DNA of 64,000 nucleotides from contig CBDCGP010000005.1 of NCBI GenBank assembly GCA_965216655.1, positions 83,329 through 147,328 of the forward strand, read 5' to 3'. A model generated the notes under the pieces. That model was not told where the DNA came from and did no database searches. It saw only the letters and a program-made list of their open reading frames with translations. Of this stretch, positions 1-11,827 are shown piece after piece. Origin of the DNA: Acidimicrobiales bacterium. Its GTDB lineage: Bacteria > Actinomycetota > Acidimicrobiia > Acidimicrobiales > SZUA-35. Every line of letters begins with the position of its first letter. The first letter of the stretch is position 1. A program made the translations under genes and the position numbers.

Positions 1-3125
<3,125 letters not shown>

Positions 3126-3130
3126 GCCCC

Positions 3131-3159
3131 CATTATTGGTGTTTTTGGATATTTGTCAA
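3131..3159 (-). promoter_or_regulatory. Candidate sigma70-type promoter giving a leaderless deoR mRNA
   Basis: On the minus strand: TTGACA (3159-3154), a 17-nt spacer, then ATAATG (3136-3131), followed by 5 nt (3130-3126) and the deoR ATG at 3125. There is no room for an SD sequence. Confidence 0.35.
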
Positions 3160-3345
3160 CAAATTCCAACAAAACGAGACCAGTTAGCCCCATATGACCG
3201 CTATTTATGTTCGTCACATCAATATTTCGAACTAAATTAGTTGACAATATCCCGGGTAGATGCCACATTCGACTAGTATCAGTCGATTGGGGGTGGGCCG
3301 TCATGGCGCCTCCTCGAAGTTCCGTTCACCAACAAGGGGAGAACC

Positions 3346-4689
3346 ATGTCCGGACGCGTACGACGTTCACCAAATCCGAGTCAGGTCGGATTCCCGCTTA
3401 CCCGCAGGAAGTTCATCGCCGGCAGTGCCTCGGCGGTCGGTGCAGCCGCCTTCCTTGCCGCATGCGGCAGCGACGACGACTCCACCGAAGCCGGCTCCAG
3501 CGGCGGCACCTTCGAGCTGGGAACCGCCTCCGGCACCCTGCGCGTCGGCTCCAACTACTCCGACGAGAAGCCCAACGAGGGGCTTCGAGCCGCCCTCGAC
3601 GCCTTTCCCAACGAGGACGTGACCATCGAACTGAACGAGGTGGATCACAACACCTATCAGGAGCAGATCGTCGCCTACATGCAGGATCCGCCGGACGACG
3701 TCGCCCCGTGGTTCGCGGCCTACCGCCTGGTGCCACTGGCCTCCGCCGGCCTCCTGATGGACATCAGCGACGTGTGGACCACCGCCCTCGACGACGTCCT
3801 CTCCGGCGGCTTCAAGCAGGCCTCGACCTATGAGGACGCCCAGTACCTCGTGCCCTGGACCTTCTACTCCTGGGGCATTCACTACCGCAAGAGCGTCTGG
3901 GAATCGGTCGGCGCCACGCCTCCTGAGGATTGGGAGGGCCTGCTCGCCCTCTGCGAGGAGCTGCAGGGCCAGGGCATCACCCCCTTCTCCTCGGGCAACG
4001 ACGGCCGCTGGCCGGCGATGGGCACCTTCGATCAGATCAACTTCCGGCTCAACGGCTACCAGTATCACGTCGACCTGATGGCCGGCCGGGAGAGCTGGAC
4101 CGACGACCGGACCAAGGACGTGTTCGCCCGCTGGGCCGAGATTCTGCCCTACCACCAGGAGAACCCCAACGGTCGTGAGTGGCAGGACGCCGGTCAGGCC
4201 TTGGTCGACGGCGAGACGGCGATGTATACCATCGGCAACTTCGTCGGTGACCTGTTCCCCAACGAGGAACTCGAGGATCTCGACTTCTTCCCGTTCCCGA
4301 CCCTCAACGAGGAGCACGGCCAGGACACGGTCGAGGCCCCGATCGACGGGTGGGTCGTGGTCGCCGATCCGGAGAACGAGCAGGCCGCCAAGGAACTGGT
4401 CGCCCACATGGGCACCGCGGCGGCACAGAACGCCTTCCTCGAAGTGGCGCCCGGTGTGCAGGCTCCGGCTGAAGGTGTCGACACCAGCTCCTACTCCGAG
4501 CTGCAGAAGAAGTCGGCCGACCTGGTGCAGAACGCGGCCAACGTGACCCAGTTCCTCGATCGCGACACGCTGCCCGCGTTCGCCAACGAGGCGGGCCAGG
4601 CGTTCGCCGACTTCCTGAACGACCCCTCCGGCATCGATGCGATCCTGGAGGATCTGCAGGGCAAGGCCGAGACGCTCCTCACCGAGTAG
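3346..4689 (+). CDS. ABC sugar transporter substrate-binding lipoprotein (SBP family 1)
   Basis: 447-aa ORF. It has a Tat-like RRKF motif, a lipobox LAAC-G and a GGGGAGAA SD upstream. Composition is typical of a sugar SBP. Confidence 0.85.
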   Translation: MSGRVRRSPNPSQVGFPLTRRKFIAGSASAVGAAAFLAACGSDDDSTEAGSSGGTFELGTASGTLRVGSNYSDEKPNEGLRAALDAFPNEDVTIELNEVDHNTYQEQIVAYMQDPPDDVAPWFAAYRLVPLASAGLLMDISDVWTTALDDVLSGGFKQASTYEDAQYLVPWTFYSWGIHYRKSVWESVGATPPEDWEGLLALCEELQGQGITPFSSGNDGRWPAMGTFDQINFRLNGYQYHVDLMAGRESWTDDRTKDVFARWAEILPYHQENPNGREWQDAGQALVDGETAMYTIGNFVGDLFPNEELEDLDFFPFPTLNEEHGQDTVEAPIDGWVVVADPENEQAAKELVAHMGTAAAQNAFLEVAPGVQAPAEGVDTSSYSELQKKSADLVQNAANVTQFLDRDTLPAFANEAGQAFADFLNDPSGIDAILEDLQGKAETLLTE

Positions 4690-4726
4690 TCGGCGGCACG
4701 ACAATCCACGGCAATCCGGCAATCCG

Positions 4727-4756
4727 ATGGGCCCACCCTTCGGTGGGTGGGCCCAT
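4727..4756 (+). other. Intercistronic perfect 12-bp stem-loop between the SBP and permease genes
   Basis: ATGGGCCCACCC-ttcggt-GGGTGGGCCCAT. It lies 38 nt after the SBP stop. The ORF-track start at 4747 falls inside the stem, so I moved the permease start to GTG 4780. Confidence 0.5.
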
Positions 4757-4779
4757 CGACAACACCACAAGGGGGATCG

Positions 4780-5805
4780 GTGACGACAGCAACGCCGCCC
4801 GTGCCTGAAGAGGCCACCGAAGGTATCGAAGCCGCCGACAACGACGCGGCAACCGCCGGCTCGTCGAACGGCCGGAAGTCCAGATCACAGTTCGAGGGGC
4901 GGGATCGGCGGGTCTTCCTCGCCATGTTGCTCATCCCCACGGCGATCCACGTGCTCATCGTGTGGATTCCGACATTGCTGTCGATCGTGTTGTCGTTCAC
5001 CCGATGGAACGGCATCAGGATGAGCGACCTGTCGTGGTCGGGTCTGACCAACTACGACGACATCATCCTCGGGGCTTTCCAGCCCGATTTCATCCAGGCC
5101 GTGCTCAACAACGTGTGGCTGCTCCTGTTCCTCTTCCTGGGACCGACGCTGCTGGGCATGTTCCTGGCCTACCTGCTCGACAAGAACATCAAGGGCACCC
5201 GGGTCTACCAGAGCGTGTTCTACACGCCCGTCGTGCTCTCGCTGGCCGTCGTCGGCTTCATCTGGCAGAACATCATGTACGACCAGGAGTACGGTCTGGC
5301 CACCTGGGCCTTCGGCGGCGGCGGAACCGTCGACTGGCTGGGCAACCAGGACTTCCTGATCTCCATCGGCGACTACGGTCTGTCGAAGAACTTCATCGCC
5401 ATCCTGGCCGCCATGGCCTGGCGCCACACCGGATACATCATGGTCCTCTACCTGGCCGGGCTCAAGAGCGTCGACGCCTCGCTGAAGGAGTCGGCCGCTC
5501 TCGACGGCTGCAACGAGTGGCAGACGTTCCGCCACGTGCTGTTCCCCACCCTCAAGCCGATCAACGTGATCGTGGTGGTCATCACCGTCATCGAGGCGTT
5601 GCGGGCGTTCGACATCGTGTACGTGCTCAACACGCCCCGCAACACCGAGCTGCTGTCGATCCTCACCACCGACAACCTCATCGGTGAGGGCGCCGACAAC
5701 ATAGGGCGGGGGTCGGCCTACGCCACCGTGCTGTTCCTGCTGTGTATCGGCTTCGTGCTCTGGTACGTCACCAACCACTATCGGAACCAGGAGACCTCGG
5801 TATGA
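4780..5805 (+). CDS. ABC sugar transporter permease (MalF/BPD type)
   Basis: In frame with the 4747 ORF. GTG 4780 is preceded by AAGGGGGA. The protein has multiple TM segments and an EAA-like loop (ESAALDGCNEWQTFRHVLFP). Confidence 0.8.
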   Translation: MTTATPPVPEEATEGIEAADNDAATAGSSNGRKSRSQFEGRDRRVFLAMLLIPTAIHVLIVWIPTLLSIVLSFTRWNGIRMSDLSWSGLTNYDDIILGAFQPDFIQAVLNNVWLLLFLFLGPTLLGMFLAYLLDKNIKGTRVYQSVFYTPVVLSLAVVGFIWQNIMYDQEYGLATWAFGGGGTVDWLGNQDFLISIGDYGLSKNFIAILAAMAWRHTGYIMVLYLAGLKSVDASLKESAALDGCNEWQTFRHVLFPTLKPINVIVVVITVIEALRAFDIVYVLNTPRNTELLSILTTDNLIGEGADNIGRGSAYATVLFLLCIGFVLWYVTNHYRNQETSV

Positions 5806-6773
5806 CCGACACCGACGCCAACGTCACCGACAGCGCAACCGACACCGATACCACCGGAGCCGACGTCGCCGAGGCCCAGAGCAATGGCGGTTCAGGCAAC
5901 CTCGTCATCGACAAGAAGCCGACGAAACCGGCTCGCTTCGCCCTCCACTTCTTCCTGATCGCACTCGGCGTCCTCTGGCTGGTGCCGCTCGTGGTGTCGC
6001 TCTACGCGTCGTTCCGGCCCTTCAGCGAAACCCAGGCCAAGGGGTTCCTGTCGACTCCCGACAAGCTGGACCTCGAGAACTATCGATCGGCCCTCGACCA
6101 GGGCGACTTCATCGACAAGTACTGGAACACCGCGCTGATCCTCGTGCCGTCGTTGTTGCTCACGCTGTTCCTGGCCTCCCTGGTCGCCTTCGTGGCCAGC
6201 CGCTACTCGTGGCGGTTCAACATCTTCTTCCTCGTGCTGTTCACTGCCGGCAACCTGCTGCCGCAGCAGATCATGGTCGCACCTTTGTTCCAGGCGTTCC
6301 GCCGGATCCCGCTGCCGGAGTTCATGTCGAACTCGGGCAACCTCAACGGATCGAACTGGGCGATCATCCTGTTGCACGTCGGCTTCCAGATGGGGTTCTG
6401 CACGTTCGTGCTGAGCAACTACATGAAGCTGTTGCCCAAGGAGCTCAACGAGGCGGCGATGGTCGACGGCGCCAGTCTGTGGACCATCTACTCCAAGGTG
6501 GTGATGCCGCTGACCCGCCCGGCGCTGGCCGCCCTGGCCACCCTCGAGTTCGCCTGGATCTACAACGACTTCTTCTGGGCCGTCATCTTCGAGCAGCGGG
6601 GCGACGATCGCCCCATCACCTCGGCGCTGGCCAACCTGGGTGGCGAGTTCGTGACCGACACCAACGTGGTGGCGGCGGCGTCGATCTTCGTGATCATCCC
6701 GGTGATGATCGTGTACTTCGCCCTCCAGAAACACTTCATAGCAGGTTTGACCATGGGCTCAACCAAGGGTTGA
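5802..6773 (+). CDS. ABC sugar transporter permease (MalG type)
   Basis: ATG 5802 overlaps the upstream stop (ATGA). EAA loop: EAAMVDGASLWTIYSKVVMP. The last 8 codons and the stop lie inside the first copy of a 42-bp tandem repeat. Confidence 0.8.
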   Translation: MTDTDANVTDSATDTDTTGADVAEAQSNGGSGNLVIDKKPTKPARFALHFFLIALGVLWLVPLVVSLYASFRPFSETQAKGFLSTPDKLDLENYRSALDQGDFIDKYWNTALILVPSLLLTLFLASLVAFVASRYSWRFNIFFLVLFTAGNLLPQQIMVAPLFQAFRRIPLPEFMSNSGNLNGSNWAIILLHVGFQMGFCTFVLSNYMKLLPKELNEAAMVDGASLWTIYSKVVMPLTRPALAALATLEFAWIYNDFFWAVIFEQRGDDRPITSALANLGGEFVTDTNVVAAASIFVIIPVMIVYFALQKHFIAGLTMGSTKG

Positions 6774-6870
6774 GACCAGTCAAACACTCTGACCATGGGC
6801 TCAACCAAAGGTTGAGACCAGTCAAACACTCTGACCATGGGCTCAACCAAAGGTTGAGGCCAGTCACTCT
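6749..6870. repeat. 42-bp tandem repeat x3, each unit carrying a CTCAACC-aaR-GGTTGAG hairpin
   Basis: Units at 6749-6790, 6791-6832 and 6833-6870. The third unit has one substitution and a 4-nt deletion. Read directly from the sequence. Confidence 0.9.
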
Positions 6871-7002
6871 GCACACACTGCTCTGCGCTCTCCCGATTGC
6901 ATTGAACAGACTGTGCAGCGAAATAGCCGGCACTTGCGCGAAGTAGCTTTAGCTCCTAGAACTAGTCTTACACACTGCTAGTTCACCGCCGATTGGAGCA
7001 CC

Positions 7003-8121
7003 ATGACTCAGATCGCACCCGCCCCCACAAGCCCCGCCGCCCGACTCACCGGATGGGACTCGATCGAGTTCTGGGTCGGCAACGCCCGGGCCATGGCCGG
7101 CTTCCTCACGGGTTCGTTCGGTTTCACCATCACCGCGTATGCCGGACCGGAGACCGGGGTGGCCGACAAGGCCTCCTACCTGCTCGAGCAGGGCAACATC
7201 CGCCTCGTCGTCACCTCCGGCCTCACCCCCGAATCGGAGATCTGGAATCACGTGCGCGCACACGGCGACGGCGCCCGCGACCTCGCCTTCTGTGTCGACG
7301 ACGCCACCGCCACCTTCGAGGCGGCCGTGGCCCGCGGGGCCCGCCCCGTCGACGAGCCCTACGAATTGACCGATGACCACGGCGTACTTCGACTGTCCGC
7401 GGTGGGAACCTACGGCGACACCAAGCACACGTTTGTGGACCGCCGCGACTACCACGGCTACTACTGTCCGGGATTCTCCCGCGACGGCGTGCCCCCGGCC
7501 CAGGTCGGCCCGACCGTCGGCCTGGTCGACATCGATCACGTGGTCGGCAACGTCGAGGAACGTCGGCTCGACGAATGGGTCTCCTTCTACGAGGAGGTGA
7601 TGGGGTTCTCCCAGCTTCGCCACTTCGACGAGTCGCAGATCTCCACCGAGTTCTCGGCGCTGCGGTCCACGGTGGTGTGGAACGGCAACAACATCGTTAT
7701 GCCGCTCAACGAACCGGCCGAGGGCAAACGCAAGAGCCAGATCCAGGAGTACATCGACACCTACCGGGGTCCGGGTGTGCAGCATCTGGCGTTCCGGACC
7801 GACGACGTCGTGCAGGCGATCGGTTCCCTCCGTCAACGTGGTGTACGTTTCCTCGAGGCCAACGACCTCTACTACGCCGACGTCATGACCCGACTCGACT
7901 TCCTCGATCTGCCGTGGGACGAGATCAAGAGGCTTGGCATCCTGGTCGACCACGAACCCGACGGCCATCTGCTGCAGCTGTTCACCGAACCCGTGACCGA
8001 CCGCCCGACCGTGTTCATCGAGATCATTCAGCGGGGCGGAGCCCGAGGCTTCGGCGAAGGCAACTTCAAGGCCCTGTTCGAGTCGATCGAGGCCGAACAG
8101 GCGCGGCGGGGCAACCTGTAG
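7003..8121 (+). CDS. hppD: 4-hydroxyphenylpyruvate dioxygenase
   Basis: 372-aa ORF with two VOC modules. It ends in the characteristic C-terminus GFGEGNFKALFESIEAEQARRGNL. Confidence 0.9.
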   Translation: MTQIAPAPTSPAARLTGWDSIEFWVGNARAMAGFLTGSFGFTITAYAGPETGVADKASYLLEQGNIRLVVTSGLTPESEIWNHVRAHGDGARDLAFCVDDATATFEAAVARGARPVDEPYELTDDHGVLRLSAVGTYGDTKHTFVDRRDYHGYYCPGFSRDGVPPAQVGPTVGLVDIDHVVGNVEERRLDEWVSFYEEVMGFSQLRHFDESQISTEFSALRSTVVWNGNNIVMPLNEPAEGKRKSQIQEYIDTYRGPGVQHLAFRTDDVVQAIGSLRQRGVRFLEANDLYYADVMTRLDFLDLPWDEIKRLGILVDHEPDGHLLQLFTEPVTDRPTVFIEIIQRGGARGFGEGNFKALFESIEAEQARRGNL

Positions 8122-8156
8122 GGGTCGGTCGAGCCCTTCCCGGTCGAACGAACCCG

Positions 8157-9413
8157 ATGAGCTGGATTCCGGTTCCCGACGGCTCACCGTTCCCGGTGAC
8201 CAACCTGCCGCTCGGTGTTGGTCGCCCGCGCTCGGGCGGCCCGGCCCGGGTCTGGACGGCGGTGGGTGACTCGGCGTTGGACCTGGCGGCGGTGGCGGCC
8301 GCCGGCGGATTCGATGGCATCTCCGGGTTGCCTGAGGGTTGCTTCGAGGAATCAACGCTGAACCGCTATCTGGCCGCGGGACCGGGCGTGTGGTCGGCCG
8401 TACGTACGCGGGTGCGGTCGATCGTCGACGACGATACGAACCAAGACCGATTCACGGCCGCCGTCTCGGCCCGCGCCGAGCTGACGATGTCGGTGCCGAC
8501 CCGACCGACCGACTACGTGGACTTCTACTCGTCGATCCACCACGCCACCAATCTCGGTCGTCTGTTCCGACCCGACGGCGATCCCCTGCTGCCCAACTGG
8601 CGGCGGATACCGATCGGCTATCACGGTCGAACCGGCACGCTGGTCCCCGACGGCACCGACATCGTCCGACCGGTCGGCTATCGGCTCGTCGACGGCGAAC
8701 CGTGCGTCGGACCGTCTCAGGCGCTCGACATCGAGTTGGAGGTCGGCACGGTCGTGGGCGTCGGCAGCGACCTCGGCGAACCGATCCCGATCTCGGACGC
8801 CGGCCGGCATCTGTATGGAATGTGTCTCGTCAACGACTGGTCGGCCCGGGACATCCAGGCCTACGAGTATCAGCCGCTCGGCCCGTTCCTGGGTAAGAGC
8901 TTCGCCACGTCGGTCTCACCGTGGCTGGTGTCGTTCGAGGCGCTCGAGCCGTTCCGTGTCGCTCCCCCACCCCAGCAACCGCCGCCGGCCGACTACCTGG
9001 CCACCGACGTGGCGTGGGGGTTCGACCTTCACCTGGAGGTGTGGCTCGAAACGGCGAGCATGCGAGCAGGCGGGGTCGAACCGGTTCGGGTCAGCGCCAC
9101 CACCTTCGCCGACATGTACTGGACGCCGGCCCAGCAGCTGGCCCACATGACAGTCAACGGCTCCTCGGTGAGCGCAGGCGATCTTTTCGCCTCGGGCACC
9201 GTGTCGGGTCCCGACCATGGCACCGAGGGCAGTTTCATCGAACTGACACTGCGGGGCGAGCGGCCCGTTGGACTTCCCGACGGCACCACCCGAGGGTTTC
9301 TCGCCGACGGCGATCGCGTGGAGCTCCGAGGGTGGGCGGGGTCGGATCCGGACACCCGCATTGGACTGGGCACCGTCACAGGCACCATTCTCGAAGCACA
9401 AGGAGGATTCTGA
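8157..9413 (+). CDS. fahA: Fumarylacetoacetase
   Basis: Internal ATG 8157 of the 7575 ORF. The upstream part of that ORF overlaps hppD and is spurious. Sequence begins MSWIPVPDGSPFPVTNLPLGV and continues with FAH-family features (RIPIGYHGR, DWSARDIQ, EYQPLGPFLGKSF). Confidence 0.85.
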   Translation: MSWIPVPDGSPFPVTNLPLGVGRPRSGGPARVWTAVGDSALDLAAVAAAGGFDGISGLPEGCFEESTLNRYLAAGPGVWSAVRTRVRSIVDDDTNQDRFTAAVSARAELTMSVPTRPTDYVDFYSSIHHATNLGRLFRPDGDPLLPNWRRIPIGYHGRTGTLVPDGTDIVRPVGYRLVDGEPCVGPSQALDIELEVGTVVGVGSDLGEPIPISDAGRHLYGMCLVNDWSARDIQAYEYQPLGPFLGKSFATSVSPWLVSFEALEPFRVAPPPQQPPPADYLATDVAWGFDLHLEVWLETASMRAGGVEPVRVSATTFADMYWTPAQQLAHMTVNGSSVSAGDLFASGTVSGPDHGTEGSFIELTLRGERPVGLPDGTTRGFLADGDRVELRGWAGSDPDTRIGLGTVTGTILEAQGGF

Positions 9414-10567
9414 TGCCGCACTATCGCCGAGTTGGCGATCTCCCCCGCAAACGTCATACGACGTTCTTCGATCCCGAGGGCAACCGCTACCTGGAGCAGC
9501 TGATGGGCCAGGAGGGATTCTCGTCGCGCTCGGCCCTTCTCTATCACCGCAACGCCCCGAGCGCCATCCTCGCGATCGAGCCGATGGATGACCCGGTTGG
9601 GGCGGCGCTGACCGCCGATCACCCGCTGACCCCCCGTCACCTGCGCACGGGCAAGACGCCGGCCGGAACCGACGTGGTCACCGGACGGCATGTGCTGCTC
9701 GGCAACAGTGACCTGCGCATCGCCCACGTCCGCGCCGGATCGTCGAGCCCGCTCTACCGAAACGCCACCGGCGACGAGCTGGTCTACGTCCAGGCGGGAA
9801 CCGCCACGGTGGAGACGGTGTTCGGTCCGTTGACCGTTGGGCCGGGCGACTACGTGGTCCTCCCGGCATCGACCACTCATCGCTGGGTCCACGATCAGGA
9901 GCTCGAGCTGTTGATCGTGGAGTCGAGCGGTCACGTCGAACCCCCGGCCCGGTATCTGTCGAGGGGCGGGCAGTTCCTGGAGCATGCTCCTTATTGCGAA
10001 CGGGATCTGCGAGCCCCGGAGGAGCTGCTTGGGGTGGAGGGCACCGACGTCGACGTGATCGTCCGCAGCCGCGCCGGCCTGAGCCGCCACACCCATCGCC
10101 ATCATCCCTTCGACGTGGTCGGTTGGGACGGACACCTCTACCCGTGGGCGTTCAACATCGCCGACTTCGAGCCGATCGTCGGCCGTATTCATCAGCCGCC
10201 CCCAGTCCATCAGACGTTCGCCGGGCCGGGTTTCGTCGTGTGCTCGTTCGTGCCCCGCCTCTACGATTTCCATCCCGAGGCGGTGAAGGTGCCGTACCAC
10301 CACGCCAATACCGACTCCGACGAGGTGCTGTTCTATTCCGACGGCGACTTCATGAGCCGGGCGGGGTCGGGCATCGGTGTCGGCTCGATCTCCTATCATC
10401 CGATGGGGTTCGTCCACGGTCCGCAGCCGGGGAGCTGGGAGGCCAGCGTCGATGCGGACCGCACCGGCGAGACGGCGGTGATGATCGACACCTTCAGCCC
10501 CCTGATGGTGTCGGACACCGCCCGTTCCATCTCCGACCCCGATTACCCGTGGAGCTGGGCCCGCTGA
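9413..10567 (+). CDS. hmgA: Homogentisate 1,2-dioxygenase (short cupin type)
   Basis: The ATG overlaps the fahA stop (TGATG). Sequence begins MPHYRRVGDLPRKRHTTF and contains GDELVYVQAG, VPYHHANTDSDEV and SYHPMGFVHGPQPG. Operon context with hppD and fahA supports the call. Confidence 0.8.
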   Translation: MPHYRRVGDLPRKRHTTFFDPEGNRYLEQLMGQEGFSSRSALLYHRNAPSAILAIEPMDDPVGAALTADHPLTPRHLRTGKTPAGTDVVTGRHVLLGNSDLRIAHVRAGSSSPLYRNATGDELVYVQAGTATVETVFGPLTVGPGDYVVLPASTTHRWVHDQELELLIVESSGHVEPPARYLSRGGQFLEHAPYCERDLRAPEELLGVEGTDVDVIVRSRAGLSRHTHRHHPFDVVGWDGHLYPWAFNIADFEPIVGRIHQPPPVHQTFAGPGFVVCSFVPRLYDFHPEAVKVPYHHANTDSDEVLFYSDGDFMSRAGSGIGVGSISYHPMGFVHGPQPGSWEASVDADRTGETAVMIDTFSPLMVSDTARSISDPDYPWSWAR

Positions 10568-10587
10568 GCGCGCTGAGCCGTGACGAG

Positions 10588-11763
10588 GTGGCGGAAGTGC
10601 GGGCTGCCACCCCGTTCACCGACGACCGGATCCACCTCAATCACGCCGGTGATTCACCGTCGTCGGCCGCGGTGCTGCAAACCCAGCTCGACCATCTTTC
10701 GAGAGAATCCGAGATCGGTGGCTATGAGGCCGCCGCGGAAGCGGCGGACGCAGACACCGCGGTCTACGAGTCGATCGCCACGATGCTCGGCTGCCTCCCG
10801 CACGAGATCGCCCGCCAGGAACACGCCACCGCGGCCTGGAACGCCGGCTTTTGGTCGCTGCCGATGGAGCATGGTCAGCGAATCCTGACCGCCGAGGTGG
10901 CCTACGGCGCCAACGCCGTGGCCTTCCTCCACGCCGAACGCACCAGGGGTGTGACGGTGGAGGTGATCCCGAGCGATTCGAGCGGACAGGTCGACGTATC
11001 CGCGCTGGCCGACCGACTGGGCGACGGGTCCGACGTTGCACTCATCGCCGTCACCCACGTTCCCACCAACGGGGGGCTGATCAACCCCGCCGCCGAGATC
11101 GGTGTGCTGGCCCGGGCGACCGGCGTTCCGTATCTCCTCGACGCCTGCCAGTCGATCGGACAGCTCGACCTCGACGTGACCCGGTTGGGGTGCGACCTGC
11201 TGTCGGCCACCGGACGCAAGTACCTACGGGGTCCGAGAGGAAGCGGCTTCCTCTACGCAGCGGGTTCGATCGTCGATCGCCTTGTGCCTGCCGTACCCGA
11301 CCACCACGGCGCCGACTGGACCACGACCCGTGCATACGAGTTCCACCCCGGGGCCCGCCGGTTCGAGCACTGGGAATACAATCACGCCGCGTGGCTGGGG
11401 TTGGGCGCTGCGGTCGATGAGGCGTTGGCCATCGGTCTGGACCGCATCGAGGCCACGGTGCGCCGTCAGGCCGACCGGCTGCGGGCGGCGTTGACCGACG
11501 CCGGTTTCCCCGTCTTCGATCTCGGCAAGGATCGGTGCGGGATCGTCACCACCAACATCGACGGCCCCAACGGCATCGACGCCGCCAAGGCGAAGCGGTT
11601 GATGGTCGACGCTGGTGTCAACGTGTCGGTCACCTCCCCCGACTCGACCCGGTGGGATTTCGAGCGTCGGGAGCTCGCGCCGATGCTGCGGCTTTCGGTT
11701 CACATGACGACGACCGACGACGAGATCGAGCGGACGGTCGACGTCATGCGGTCGCTCCGATGA
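10588..11763 (+). CDS. Class V aminotransferase-fold PLP enzyme (start uncertain: CTG 10564, CTG 10573 or GTG 10588)
   Basis: Tail of the 9994 ORF. It contains HVPTNGGLINP, a likely PLP-lysine motif SATGRKYLRGPRGSGFLY, and the ending RLSVHMTTTDDEIERTV. Confidence 0.7.
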   Translation: MAEVRAATPFTDDRIHLNHAGDSPSSAAVLQTQLDHLSRESEIGGYEAAAEAADADTAVYESIATMLGCLPHEIARQEHATAAWNAGFWSLPMEHGQRILTAEVAYGANAVAFLHAERTRGVTVEVIPSDSSGQVDVSALADRLGDGSDVALIAVTHVPTNGGLINPAAEIGVLARATGVPYLLDACQSIGQLDLDVTRLGCDLLSATGRKYLRGPRGSGFLYAAGSIVDRLVPAVPDHHGADWTTTRAYEFHPGARRFEHWEYNHAAWLGLGAAVDEALAIGLDRIEATVRRQADRLRAALTDAGFPVFDLGKDRCGIVTTNIDGPNGIDAAKAKRLMVDAGVNVSVTSPDSTRWDFERRELAPMLRLSVHMTTTDDEIERTVDVMRSLR

Positions 11764-11770
11764 CGCACCG

Positions 11771-11815
11771 AACCCGGGAGGCCACGGCGGCCGACGCGAC
11801 CGTGCCTCCCGGGTT
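11771..11815. terminator. Long imperfect hairpin between convergent genes (candidate bidirectional terminator)
   Basis: AACCCGGGAGGCCACGG ... CCGTGCCTCCCGGGTT, with one bulge. No clear U-tract. Confidence 0.45.
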
Positions 11816-11827
11816 GCGATTCCGAAG

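Noticed and set aside
6749-6870. Tandem repeats (also 53651-53702 and 63301-63333) as a CRISPR array
   Set aside because: The units are contiguous with no spacers, there are only 2-4 copies, and no cas genes are present.
10588-11763. Class V aminotransferase-fold enzyme as a selenocysteine lyase or cysteine desulfurase feeding SelD
   Set aside because: The C-terminal region (…VTSPDSTRWDFERRELAPMLRLSVHM…) lacks the catalytic Cys loop of NifS/CsdB/SCL enzymes. The gene sits 11 kb from selD, immediately after the hppD-fahA-hmgA genes.
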